64,000 nucleotides of DNA, taken from the NCBI GenBank assembly GCA_964022095.1, contig CAXHZO010000003.1:173415-237414 (forward strand), in the 5' to 3' direction. Below are positions 19,243 to 30,000 of this stretch, piece by piece. Positions within the stretch are counted from its first letter, which is position 1; each line of letters starts with the position of its first letter. The notes under the pieces were generated by a model. That model ran no database searches, was not told where the DNA came from, and saw only the letters and a list, made by a program, of their open reading frames with translations. The stretch is from an uncultured Arcobacteraceae bacterium (GTDB taxonomy: Bacteria > Campylobacterota > Campylobacteria > Campylobacterales > Arcobacteraceae). The position numbers were made by a program, and so were the translations under genes.

Positions 19243-20676
19243 ATGGAAGAATTTTTTAGAATAGAAAAAGACTTTCTTGGTGAAAAAAAGATAGAAAAAG
19301 ATGCATATTATGGAATACAATCTTTAAGAGCTAAAGAGAATTTTCATATTACAAAAACTAATTTATCATTATTCCCAAATTTTATAAAATCACTTGCAAA
19401 AGTGAAAAAGTCATGTGCTTTAGCTAATCATGAATTAGGTGATTTAACAGATTTACAAACTGATGCAATTGTTCAAGCATGTAATGAAATTATTGATGGC
19501 AAGTTTCATGATCAATTTATTATTGACCCAATTCAAGGTGGTGCTGGAACTTCTACAAATATGAATACAAATGAAGTAATTGCAAATAGAGCTTTAGAAA
19601 TACTAGGTCATGAACGAAGTACATATGATATTATTCATCCAAATAATCATATAAATATGTCTCAATCAACAAATGACGTTTATCCAACGGCAATTAAACT
19701 TGCACTATATGAACTAATCTATAAACTAAAAGATAGTTTGAGGTTTTTAAGAGATAGTTTTAGTGAAAAAGCAATTGAGTTTAAAGATGTTTTAAAAATG
19801 GGAAGAACTCAACTTCAAGATGCTGTTCCTATGACTTTAGGTCAAGAGTTTAAAACTTTTGCAGTTATGGTTGATGAAGATATTTTTAGATTAAGAGAAG
19901 CACAAGCACTTTTAAAAGAAGTAAATCTTGGAGCAACTGCTATTGGTACTGGAATTAATGCGAAAAAAGACTATAGAAAAAAAGCTATTAAATATCTAAG
20001 AGAAGTAACAGGTGTTGATTATGTTAGTGCAGGGGATTTAATTGAAGCTACTCAAGATACTGGAATATTTGTACATATTTCAGGAATCTTAAAAAGAGTT
20101 GCGATTAAAGTATCAAAAATCTGTAATGACTTAAGATTATTAAGTTCAGGTCCAAGAGCAGGATTCAATGAAATTAATCTTCCAAAGATGCAACCAGGAA
20201 GTTCAATTATGCCAGGTAAAGTAAATCCAGTAATTCCAGAAGTTGTAAATCAAGTTGCATATGATGTTATTGGTGCAGATGCTACAATCTCAATTGCAAG
20301 TGAAGGAGGGCAATTACAGTTAAATGTATTTGAGCCACTTATTGCATATAAACTATTTAACTCAATTAATATGATGAGAAGAGCATTTCATACACTTGCT
20401 ACAAGATGTGTTAAGGGAATTACAGCTAATGAAGAAGTTTGTATGAACAATATTTTAAACTCTGTTACATTAGTAACTTGTTTAAATCCAATTTTAGGAT
20501 ATGAAAAAAGTTCAGCTTTAGCAAAAGAAGCCCTGGCAACTAATAAAAGAGTATATGATATTATTTTAGAGCAAGAACTATTTACAAAAGAAGAGTTGGA
20601 TGAACTTTTACATCCAAAAAATATGGTAAACAATTATGATAATGATGAGGTAAATGATGAAGATGACTGTGATTAA
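19243..20676 (+). CDS. aspA: Aspartate ammonia-lyase (aspartase)
   Basis: RIEKDFLGE, YYGIQSLRA, QGGAGTSTNMN, KMGRTQLQDAVP, GSSIMPGKVNP. Confidence 0.95.
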   Translation: MEEFFRIEKDFLGEKKIEKDAYYGIQSLRAKENFHITKTNLSLFPNFIKSLAKVKKSCALANHELGDLTDLQTDAIVQACNEIIDGKFHDQFIIDPIQGGAGTSTNMNTNEVIANRALEILGHERSTYDIIHPNNHINMSQSTNDVYPTAIKLALYELIYKLKDSLRFLRDSFSEKAIEFKDVLKMGRTQLQDAVPMTLGQEFKTFAVMVDEDIFRLREAQALLKEVNLGATAIGTGINAKKDYRKKAIKYLREVTGVDYVSAGDLIEATQDTGIFVHISGILKRVAIKVSKICNDLRLLSSGPRAGFNEINLPKMQPGSSIMPGKVNPVIPEVVNQVAYDVIGADATISIASEGGQLQLNVFEPLIAYKLFNSINMMRRAFHTLATRCVKGITANEEVCMNNILNSVTLVTCLNPILGYEKSSALAKEALATNKRVYDIILEQELFTKEELDELLHPKNMVNNYDNDEVNDEDDCD

Positions 20677-21151
20677 TACGGGTGGAACTTTTAATAAGAG
20701 ATATAACCCAATAAAAGGCCAACTTGAAGTTCCAAGTGACAATTTATCATTAGATAATATTTTAAAAAATTGTCACAATGTAGACTTTGAAATAAAAAAT
20801 ATAATTTCTAAAGATAGTTTAGATATGACAGATGTTGATAGAGAAAAAATTTGTACAGAAATTAGAAATAGTAAAAGTGATAAAATTATCATTATTCATG
20901 GAACTGATACTATTCATCTAACTAGTGCGCTAATTAGAAAAAAATTTATAGATAAGCAGATTGTATTTACAGGGGCTATGATTCCAATGAGTATTGATGA
21001 GGTTGAAGCTACTATGAATTTCTCTTTAGCATTAGGTTTTTTAAATAGTGAAGTTAAAAATGGAACTTATATAGCTATGCATGGTGTTGTAGTTGATAGT
21101 TCTAAATTAGTTAAAAATAGACAGTTAGGTCAGTTTTTAATTGAAGAGTAA
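20654..21151 (+). CDS. Short asparaginase (N-terminal catalytic domain only)
   Basis: NTGGTFNK, KDSLDM, IHGTDT, VFTGAMIP; overlaps aspA stop. Confidence 0.85.
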   Translation: MMKMTVINTGGTFNKRYNPIKGQLEVPSDNLSLDNILKNCHNVDFEIKNIISKDSLDMTDVDREKICTEIRNSKSDKIIIIHGTDTIHLTSALIRKKFIDKQIVFTGAMIPMSIDEVEATMNFSLALGFLNSEVKNGTYIAMHGVVVDSSKLVKNRQLGQFLIEE

Positions 21152-21153
21152 AA

Positions 21154-21180
21154 TAAAGTAAGAGTTTTCCTCTTACTTTA
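21154..21180. terminator. Bidirectional intrinsic terminator between asparaginase and ferritin
   Basis: TAAAGTAAGAG-ttttc-CTCTTACTTTA between convergent genes. Confidence 0.75.
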
Positions 21181-21183
21181 ATA

Positions 21184-21693
21184 TTATTTTGCAGTAGGAT
21201 CTACAAAAGTTCTACCTGATAACTCTTTATCTATAGTATATAATCCATACCCATTATCTCCCACAAGCTTAATGTGATCAATAATAGCTTTCACAGTTGC
21301 TTCTTCTTCAACTTGTTCTGTAACATACCATTGTAATAAATTATAAGTAGCATGATCTTTATCTTTCATTGCTAAATCACTTAGTTCATTTAAGTTTTTA
21401 GTCATTTTTTGTTCATGTGCAAGTGACTTTTTAAATACATCTAAAAATGATTTATACTCAACTTTAACACCATCAATTGTAGGAAGTTGAATCTCTACAT
21501 CTTGGTCTTCTAGGTATTGAAATAGTTTCATCCCATGTGCAACTTCTTCTTGATATTGAATTAAAAACCAGCTAGCTGCGCCATTAAACCCTTCTTTTGA
21601 ACAGTATGCACTCATCCCTAAATATATATATGCAGAATGGTACTCTTTGTTTAGTTGTTCTATTAATGCTTGTTGTAATTCTTTACTAATCAT
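21184..21693 (-). CDS. ftnA: Non-heme ferritin
   Basis: QLNKEYHSAYIY, EEVAHGMK, HEQKMT, LQWYVTEQVEEE ferroxidase residues. Confidence 0.93.
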   Translation of the reverse strand: MISKELQQALIEQLNKEYHSAYIYLGMSAYCSKEGFNGAASWFLIQYQEEVAHGMKLFQYLEDQDVEIQLPTIDGVKVEYKSFLDVFKKSLAHEQKMTKNLNELSDLAMKDKDHATYNLLQWYVTEQVEEEATVKAIIDHIKLVGDNGYGLYTIDKELSGRTFVDPTAK

Positions 21694-21852
21694 AAAAACT
21701 CCTTTTTCTTTTAGTGTAACAAAATAACTTAATTGAAACTTTAAATGAGACTAATTATTAATTAACTAAATTTTTTAAATGATTTATTTAAAAGTAACAT
21801 AACAATATTTTAGGTAAAATGCCCAAAAATTAAATAAATTAGGAATATAATT

Positions 21853-22773
21853 ATGGCAATTTATACATGTGGACATACAACTCCTGATTCAGATTCAATC
21901 TGTTCAGCGATTTCATTAGGATATCTTTTAAATAAAATTGGAAGAGAAGCAATTCCTGCTAGACAAGGGCCAGTTTCTCCAGAAACTCAATTTATTTTAG
22001 ATAGATTTGGTTTTGATGCACCTGAACTTAAAACTGAGTTTGCAGGATGTGAACTATTTATTACTGATTATTCTGATAGAGGTCAAGCTCCAAAAGATAT
22101 TGATGAAGCAACAGTAGTTGGTATTGTTGATCATCATAAATTAGGAGATATTGAAACTTCAACTCCTTTAGAGTGTTGGATTAGACCAGTTGGTTGTACA
22201 AATACAATTGTAAAAGAGATGTATGATTATCATAAAGTAGAAATTCCTGCAAATATTGCTGGTGTTATGTTATGTGCTATTTTATCAGATACTGTAATTT
22301 TCAAATCACCAACTTGTACTCCAAAAGATATTGAAGTAGTTAGAGAACTTGCTCAGATTGCAGGTGTAGAAGATTTTGGTGAACTTGGAATGGAAATGTT
22401 CAAAGTTAAATCAGCAGTTGAGGGAGTTCCTGTAAGAGAGCTTATCTTAAGAGATTACAAACCATTTGATATGCATGGAAATGCAGTTGGTATTGGACAA
22501 TTAGAAGTTATTGATTTAGCTATTTTTGATGATATAAAAGCTGAATTACAAGCTGACTTAGATGCCCTAAGAGAAGAAAATGGTTTACATACAGCTTGTT
22601 TAATTTTAACAGATATAATGAAAGAAGGATCTGAAGTATTAGTTTCTTCAAGTGATACTTCGATTTTTGAAAAAGCATTTGACGTAAAACTTGAAAATGG
22701 AAAAGTTTGGTTAGATGGTTGTTTATCAAGAAAAAAACAAATCATTCCTTTTTTACAACCTGCATTTGCATAA
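21853..22773 (+). CDS. ppaC: Manganese-dependent inorganic pyrophosphatase (family II)
   Basis: GHTTPDSDS, VDHH, AILSDT, SRKKQ. Confidence 0.95.
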   Translation: MAIYTCGHTTPDSDSICSAISLGYLLNKIGREAIPARQGPVSPETQFILDRFGFDAPELKTEFAGCELFITDYSDRGQAPKDIDEATVVGIVDHHKLGDIETSTPLECWIRPVGCTNTIVKEMYDYHKVEIPANIAGVMLCAILSDTVIFKSPTCTPKDIEVVRELAQIAGVEDFGELGMEMFKVKSAVEGVPVRELILRDYKPFDMHGNAVGIGQLEVIDLAIFDDIKAELQADLDALREENGLHTACLILTDIMKEGSEVLVSSSDTSIFEKAFDVKLENGKVWLDGCLSRKKQIIPFLQPAFA

Positions 22774-22782
22774 ATTTAATAT

Positions 22783-22815
22783 TCAAACTAGCAAGTTTAC
22801 TCTTGGCTAGTTTGA
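22783..22815. terminator. Stem-loop between convergent ppaC and disulfide reductase genes
   Basis: TCAAACTAGC...GCTAGTTTGA inverted repeat. Confidence 0.6.
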
Positions 22816-24183
22816 GTTTTCTTTATACTCTTCAACTTCTTTAACAGCTGCAACTGCTGCTGGAAGTAGTGCTTCACTTAATGCTGGATGAATATATAGC
22901 ATCTCTTTTAATTGTCTTACATCATTTTTAATATGCATTACAGTTAATACTTGATGCATCATAGTAGAACTCTCAGGACCTATCATATGACATCCTAATA
23001 TTTCATAGTTTTTTGGGTTTATAATAAATTTTGTGACTGGATAATCAAGTCTTGTTGACATTGCTTTTGCACTTGCAAGCCAGTTTGTTGTACTTGAAAT
23101 ATACTCTATATTTTCATCTTTTGCTTTTTGTTCGGTTATTCCAACACTTGATATTTCTGGTTCTGTAAAAACAGCATGTGGCATATATTTAAAATGTAAA
23201 GGATCTTTACAGTCTTCTAGTAGAATTTTACCAAGATGATTGATTTCATAAGCTGCTGCATGTTGTAACATGTGTTTTCCTGATGCATCACCTACTACAT
23301 AAACCCCTTTTGCATTGGTTTGAAAAAACTCATCTCTTATGATAAATCCTCTTTCATCAATTTCCATAGAAGTATTTTCAAGTTTTAAAGTATCAGTATT
23401 TGACTCTCTTCCTGTTGCATAAAGTAGTGCTTGACTTTGATGCTCTTTTGTTGTCCCATCCTTATTTTCAAGGATTAGATTAAATTGATTATTCTCATAG
23501 TTAATAGTTTTAATACTTGTATTAAATTCTATATCTACTTTTTTACTAAATTCCTCTTTGAAGATTGTTGATATTTCTTCATCTTCATTACTTAGAATTC
23601 TTTGACTTCTAACAAGTAGTTTGGTTTCTATTCCAATAGCTGAAAAGAAACTTGAAAGTTCACAAGCAATAAATCCTGAGCCTACAATAGTAATGGATTT
23701 TGGGATATCACCTTCTAATGGAAATATATCATCACTAGTCCATGCTTTTTCATGTGGTGCTTTAATAGGTCTTGTTCCTGTTGCAATTACAATTTTTGGT
23801 GCGGTTAATTGTTGATTGTTTACTTCAATTACATTATTAGAAATAAAAGAGCCTACACCTTTGTAAACTTTTACATTTTCATTAAATCTACTTTCATATT
23901 TTGAATCGATTTGGGAAATATAACTATTTGTTTCTTCAAATATTTTTTCTATATCAATGTTATTTATTGTTGAGTCTATAAAATGCTTATGTGATTCTTT
24001 TATAGCATTTGCAACATGTGCATAGCCTAATAGTAATTTTGAAGGTACGCAACCTCGATTTGGGCAAGTTCCACCTAAAGCAGATTTTTCAATAATAGCA
24101 ACTTTTTTGCCAGCTTTTCCTACACTTACTGCAAGATTACTAGCCCTTCCTGCTCCAATAATTATTAAGTCAAATTCTTCCAT
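22807..24183 (-). CDS. Class I pyridine nucleotide-disulfide oxidoreductase (dihydrolipoamide dehydrogenase/mycothione reductase-like)
   Basis: GGTCPNRGCVPSK redox disulfide, IVGSGFIACE, C-terminal HPALSE. Confidence 0.88.
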   Translation of the reverse strand: MEEFDLIIIGAGRASNLAVSVGKAGKKVAIIEKSALGGTCPNRGCVPSKLLLGYAHVANAIKESHKHFIDSTINNIDIEKIFEETNSYISQIDSKYESRFNENVKVYKGVGSFISNNVIEVNNQQLTAPKIVIATGTRPIKAPHEKAWTSDDIFPLEGDIPKSITIVGSGFIACELSSFFSAIGIETKLLVRSQRILSNEDEEISTIFKEEFSKKVDIEFNTSIKTINYENNQFNLILENKDGTTKEHQSQALLYATGRESNTDTLKLENTSMEIDERGFIIRDEFFQTNAKGVYVVGDASGKHMLQHAAAYEINHLGKILLEDCKDPLHFKYMPHAVFTEPEISSVGITEQKAKDENIEYISSTTNWLASAKAMSTRLDYPVTKFIINPKNYEILGCHMIGPESSTMMHQVLTVMHIKNDVRQLKEMLYIHPALSEALLPAAVAAVKEVEEYKENSN

Positions 24184-24203
24184 TATAGAACCTTTTTATT
24201 CTT

Positions 24204-25265
24204 TTATTTATAAGTTATCTTTCCTTGACTTGCTAATAGTGCTCCACAAAGTTGGTATAAAACACGTGAGCCAACATTTGCGTCCCATCCATCAAGACTA
24301 TCTCCAACTTCACAAAGGTCAAACCCTATGATATTTCTTCCCGATTTTACAATCATAAATACTAGGTGTTCTAACTCACTATATCTTAATCCACCAGGAA
24401 CAGGTGTTCCTGTATTTGGACAGTTTAGTGGTTCTAATCCATCAATATCTATTGATAAGTAAACATTTTGAGGTAATTGCTGGATATATGGTTTATAAAC
24501 TTCTTCTAAAGATTTACCACTTGCTAATTGTGCTTGCATATCAGTATCGTATAAACATGCACCTTTTGCACCATACTCTTTCATTCTATTAGCTTCTTCA
24601 CTACTATAATCTCTAATTCCAAATTGAACTAAATTTGAAATTTTGTCACACTCATTCATAACATTATAAAAGATTGAAGCATGAGAATAAGTAAAACCTT
24701 CATAGGCTTTTCTTAGGTCATGATGAGCATCTACATGTAAGATTCCAAAAGGTTGTTCTTGTGTATCATTTAAAGCTTTGATAAGTCCAAGAGGTGAAGA
24801 GTGATCTCCTCCTACTACTGCTACAAATTTACCTTTTTTTAATTGTTTCATAGATTTTTCATAAACAGAATTGTTTAAAGTTACTGATGCTTCATTTACA
24901 AACTTTAAAGCTTTTTTATTTGTAGTTCCCTTTTCAAGTGCTTCGATTACTTTAAGAGCTTTTTTTCTAGCTTTATTGCTTAGTTTTAATAAGCTTTTAT
25001 CAGTTTCAAGCATTGCAATACCTGCAACATAAGGTTTTATATAATGAAAAGTTTCCACATCAAGTTGGTGACTTGAAATTCTTATGGCATCAGGAGCATT
25101 TGCCGTTCCTTGACCAAATGAAACAGTAGCTTCCCAAGGAACAGGAATTAAAACTAAACTAGCTTCTTTGGAATCTAACTTCCCACCAATAAATCCATCA
25201 CCTTCTTGAGGAGGAAGTCCCTGTTCTAATACTTTTATTTCTTCTTTTAAACTTCTATAAGACAT
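24204..25265 (-). CDS. Agmatinase-like ureohydrolase (arginase family)
   Basis: GGDHS, DAHHDLR, SIDIDG, TGTPVPGG, GFDLCEV. Confidence 0.87.
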   Translation of the reverse strand: MSYRSLKEEIKVLEQGLPPQEGDGFIGGKLDSKEASLVLIPVPWEATVSFGQGTANAPDAIRISSHQLDVETFHYIKPYVAGIAMLETDKSLLKLSNKARKKALKVIEALEKGTTNKKALKFVNEASVTLNNSVYEKSMKQLKKGKFVAVVGGDHSSPLGLIKALNDTQEQPFGILHVDAHHDLRKAYEGFTYSHASIFYNVMNECDKISNLVQFGIRDYSSEEANRMKEYGAKGACLYDTDMQAQLASGKSLEEVYKPYIQQLPQNVYLSIDIDGLEPLNCPNTGTPVPGGLRYSELEHLVFMIVKSGRNIIGFDLCEVGDSLDGWDANVGSRVLYQLCGALLASQGKITYK

Positions 25266-25402
25266 TTAATTTCCTATTGAATAATATATTGGAATTATAG
25301 GATAAATTAGGAAATAGTAATGTTAATTTTGTAAATTATAAGTCTCTTATTTATTCAAATTTACAAATGCTTTAGTTAAAATAAATAAAAGTCAGGATAA
25401 TA

Positions 25403-26488
25403 ATGGCAGAACAATTAAAAAATGTATATACAAAAAATTATATAGAAAATCTTGCTTTAAAAATTAAAGAAAACTATAAAGAGTTTGCTGTTGATAGTTT
25501 TATAAATTCTATTTTTGATAACAATTGGAATGATTTAGAACTAAAGCAACGTATGCGACATATTGCTTTAGTATTAAATGATTTTTTGTCAATTTCTTAT
25601 GAAAAACAACTTGATGTTTTAAAAGTTGTGTCAAAAGATTTTTCTTCTTTTGAATCTATGTTTTTTCAAGATTTTGTAGAAGTGTATGGTTTAGATGATT
25701 TTGACCTTTCTATGAAAGCATTAGAGGTTTTTACAATTGATTCAAGTAGTGAATTTGCTATACGACAATTTATTTTAAAATATGAAAATGAAACAATGAA
25801 TCAAATGAAGCTTTGGGCTAAAAGTTCAAATGAGGATTTAAGAAGATTATCAAGTGAAGGTTGTAGGCCTAGACTTCCTTGGGCTATTGCATTAAGTAAA
25901 TATAAAAAAGACCCCACAATAGTTTTAGAAATAATTGAATTGTTAAAATATGATGAAAGTAAATATGTTCAAAAGAGTGTCGCAAATAATTTAAATGATA
26001 TTTCAAAAGATAATCCAAAAGTTTTAATTAATTTTGTGAAAATAAATTTAGGCAAAACAAAAAATTTAGACTGGATTTGTAAGCATGCTTCTAGAACTTT
26101 ATTAAAAGCAGGGGATAAAACAATTTTAAAACTCTTTGGATATGATGAAATAAATCATATAGAGCTTACAGAATTTTTATATGATAATGAAGTTTTATTA
26201 AATGATAGTTTTTCTTTTTCTTTTAATTTAGTATCACAAAAAAATCTTGGAAAACTAAGAGTTGAATATATAATTGAGTATTTAAAATCAAATGGCAGTT
26301 ATTCAAAAAAAGTATTTATGATACTTCAAAATGAATTAAATCAAAAGAATAAATATTTTACTAAAAAACACAGTTTTAAAAATATGACTACAAGAAAACA
26401 CTATTTAGGCAAGCATTATATTTCAATTTTAATAAATGGAAAAAAGTATATTAAAAAGGAGTTTACCTTAAATGACACCAGCAATTAA
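25403..26488 (+). CDS. DNA alkylation repair protein (AlkC/AlkD-like HEAT repeat)
   Basis: LELKQRMRHI, SSEFAIRQF, RRLSSEGCRPRLPWA, YVQKSVANNLNDISKD, TTRKHY. Confidence 0.88.
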   Translation: MAEQLKNVYTKNYIENLALKIKENYKEFAVDSFINSIFDNNWNDLELKQRMRHIALVLNDFLSISYEKQLDVLKVVSKDFSSFESMFFQDFVEVYGLDDFDLSMKALEVFTIDSSSEFAIRQFILKYENETMNQMKLWAKSSNEDLRRLSSEGCRPRLPWAIALSKYKKDPTIVLEIIELLKYDESKYVQKSVANNLNDISKDNPKVLINFVKINLGKTKNLDWICKHASRTLLKAGDKTILKLFGYDEINHIELTEFLYDNEVLLNDSFSFSFNLVSQKNLGKLRVEYIIEYLKSNGSYSKKVFMILQNELNQKNKYFTKKHSFKNMTTRKHYLGKHYISILINGKKYIKKEFTLNDTSN

Positions 26489-26939
26489 TCTTTTAAAAAA
26501 GAAAAAATATGAATATAAAGTTCATAAATATGACCATGATCCATCTTGTACAGATTTTGGTAATGAAGCTGTTGAAAAATTAGGATTAGATGAAAATCAA
26601 GTTTTTAAAACACTTTTAGTTGAATTAACGCCAAAGGAGCTAGCAGTTGCAGTTGTTCCTGTATCTTCTATGCTAAGTTTGAAAAATATTGCAACTGCAT
26701 TAAACTCAAAAAAAGCTATTATGGCAAATAAAGATGAAGCACAAAAAGTTACAGGATATTTACTAGGTGGAATTTCACCTTTAGGGCAGAAAAAAAGATT
26801 AAGAACTGTTTTAGATGAGAGTGCAAAGAAATACAAAACAATTTTTGTAAGTGGTGGAAAAAGAGGTTTAGATATTGAAATAAAACCTGATGACATAATC
26901 TGTATTTTAAACTCTAAATATTTTAAAATTACACCTTAG
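26472..26939 (+). CDS. ybaK: Cys-tRNA(Pro) deacylase
   Basis: MTPAINLL, VFKTLLV, TGYLLGGISPLGQKK, VSGGKRGL. Confidence 0.93.
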   Translation: MTPAINLLKKKKYEYKVHKYDHDPSCTDFGNEAVEKLGLDENQVFKTLLVELTPKELAVAVVPVSSMLSLKNIATALNSKKAIMANKDEAQKVTGYLLGGISPLGQKKRLRTVLDESAKKYKTIFVSGGKRGLDIEIKPDDIICILNSKYFKITP

Positions 26940-27047
26940 TAACACTTATTTATTTTTTAGTTAAAAAAATTGCCTTCTTAACATTCTATTAACTATATAA
27001 GAGTAAGATTTTTTATAAGATAAATAATTTTATAATAAGGATTTACT

Positions 27048-30000
27048 ATGGCTACTTCAGATATTCAAGCAATATGTTCACAATTATTAACACCTGAGGA
27101 TTTAGCAGTAAGTGATGAACTTTTTAATAGCGTATTAAAAAATGGCATTGTTACTAGAATCTTAGAGAATCAAGATAATAAATATATAAAAATATTTTCA
27201 AAAGAACAGATTTTTTTATCAAATATAACTCCTTTACTTCATAATATTGGATTAGAAATAATTGATGAAGTAACATATAATGTTACAAATAAAAAAGAGA
27301 TGATTTATATCTCAAGATTTAATTTAAATATTGACTCTTCAAACAAATTAGATTCTGCAAGACAGAATATTGAAGAGATAATTTCTTACTCATTAAAAGA
27401 TACCTCAGTAAAACATTCAAAGGCGTTTTTACTTGTTTATGAGCAAAACTTTAGTTTAAGAAAGGTCAATTTAATAAGAGCTTTTATTGAATATTTAGAT
27501 CAAGCTGTTTTAGAAATAAACTCTTCAGCAATTTTAAACACATATACTACACATCATAATATTGCAGCAAACTTTGTTAAGTATTTCTTAGCAAAATTTG
27601 AGCCAGGTATAAAAAATAGAGAAAAACTTTTAAGTACTATTGAAACAAAAATAAGAGATGAAATAAAGAAAGTACCCCAAATTTTAGATGATAAAATTCT
27701 AAATTTAACATTCTCTTTTTTATGTGCACTATTAAGAACAAACTATTTTTTAGAGCAAGAAACAATTTCTTTAAAAATTGATACAGCATGCTTTGGAAAA
27801 GATCTTAAAGGATTACAGCCAAATATTGAAAACTTTATTTTCCATCAGGACTTCTATGGAGTTCACTTAAGAATGACTAAGGTTTCAAGGGGAGGTCTTA
27901 GATGGTCTGATAGACAAGATGATTATAGACAAGAGGTTAAATCACTAATGATTACGCAAGAGGGTAAAAACTCTATAATTATTCCAAGTGGTGCAAAAGG
28001 TGGTTTTGTAATAAAAAAAGAGGATATTTCAAAGGATTTCTTTGTAGAAATTTATTCAAAATTTATTAACGCAAATTTAGATTTAGTAGATAATTTAATA
28101 GATGGAGAAGTTGTAAAGAATGATAATGTAGTCTCATATGACGATGATGATTATTATTTTGTTGTAGCAGCTGATAAAGGAACAGCTTCTATGAGTGATG
28201 TTGCAAATAATATTGCAATTAGCAGAAACTATTGGCTTGGTGATGCCTTTGCTAGTGGCGGGAGTAATGGATATGGACATAAAGATTTAGGTATTACTGC
28301 ACGTGGAGCAATAATGTCGACAAAAAGATTTTTTATAGAAGATAATATTGATATTTATAAAGATGAAGTTAGTGTAGTTGGCCTTGGTTCTATGAGTGGA
28401 GATGTTTTTGGAAATGGAATGATTGAATCTGAAAAGTTTAAACTTCTTGCTGCTATATCTCATAAAGATATATTTATCGATCCAAATCCAGATATTAAAA
28501 AATCATACCTTGAGCGAAAAAGATTATTTGAGTCAAAAAATGGAGGCTGGAGTAATTATGATATAAAACTAATCTCACAAGGTGGTGGTATATTTAAAAG
28601 AAGTGATAAAGAGATTGAATTATCACCAGAGATTAAAAAACTTATAAATACAACTAAAAAAACTATTTCAGGTGAAGAATTAGCTAAAAAACTTTTAACA
28701 CTTGATGTTGATATGCTATTTAATGGTGGTGTTGGTACTTATGTTAAATCTAGTGATGAAAACAATTTAGATATAGGTGATAAACAAAATGAAGCAGTAA
28801 GAGTTGATGCAAATGAGTTAAGAGCAAAAGTTGTTTGTGAGGGTGGAAATCTTGGTTTTACACAAAAAGCTAGAATAGAGTATGCCCTAAGTGGAGGAAG
28901 AATAAATCTTGATGGTATAGATAATGCAGGTGGAGTTAATACTTCTGATCATGAAGTAAATTTAAAAGTATTATTAAATATTATTAAAAGTCAAGGTATT
29001 TTAGATGAAAACCAAGCTAAAAACACTTTTCATTCACTAACAGATCAAATAGTGCAAATGGTTTTAGATAATAATTATGAACAAGCTTGTGTAATCTCTA
29101 TGGATGAACAGTTCTCTAGAAAATATCCAAATGATTTTATAAAAGCAATTGATGTTTTAGAAAATGAATTAGTATCATTTAATAAACCAGCATTTTATAT
29201 ACCAAAAAAAGATAATATGAATGAAATTATTGATATTCATGATTCAATGGTTAGACCAGTACTTGGTTCAATCTTATCTTATAGTAAAATTTTTCTAAAA
29301 AAGATACTTCTAGAATCTAGTTTAATTGATGATTCATTCTTTTTACAATATCTGTTTAAGTATTTCCCAAAATCTTTTGTTGGAGCATATGAGCAACAAA
29401 TATTAAACCATCCACTAAAAAAAGAGATAATTGCAACTGTAATTGCAGATATAATTATAAATCATCAAGGAGTTACATTTATAAGTGATTATGAAAAACT
29501 TGGTAAAGATAAGTTTTTATTAAAAATTAAATCATTTTTAGTAGTAAGAGAACTATTTGGTGCTGATGAAATAAGAAATAAAATCTATTCTCAAGATTAT
29601 ATATTATCTAGTGAAAAACAGTACAAGTTAATCGCTAAGTTAGAATACATCTTATATGCAAGTACGAAATGGATGGTTAAATATCTTAAGAAAAATCAAT
29701 TAGACTCTTCTCATATAATTGATCATAAAGATGAATTATTCACTTTATTAGCTCAAGTACATAATCAAAAAGTTGAAGCTTTAATTCCTGAAGATGATAA
29801 ATTTAATAAGTTCTTTAGTGTAATTGATTATTTAAGATTTGCAGTTGCAGCTATTGTAATAAAAGAGAATACTAATCATTCATTTAAAGATGTGATAGTA
29901 TTATTTTATTCTTTAATTCATGAATTTAATATTTTAGAAATTATTATTGCATTAAATAAAGTAAATATCTCAAGTCCAAGTGATTTAACACTTAGAAATC

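Noticed and set aside
21746-21760. Fur-box-like TGAGACTAATTATTA upstream of ferritin
   Set aside because: Three mismatches to TGATAAT-N-ATTATCA in very AT-rich DNA; not distinguishable from chance by eye
24204-25265. Ureohydrolase as a guanidine hydrolase (GdmH) belonging to the guanidine system
   Set aside because: 25 kb from the operon, no riboswitch or Ni-chaperone genes nearby, and motifs fit an ordinary agmatinase-like enzyme
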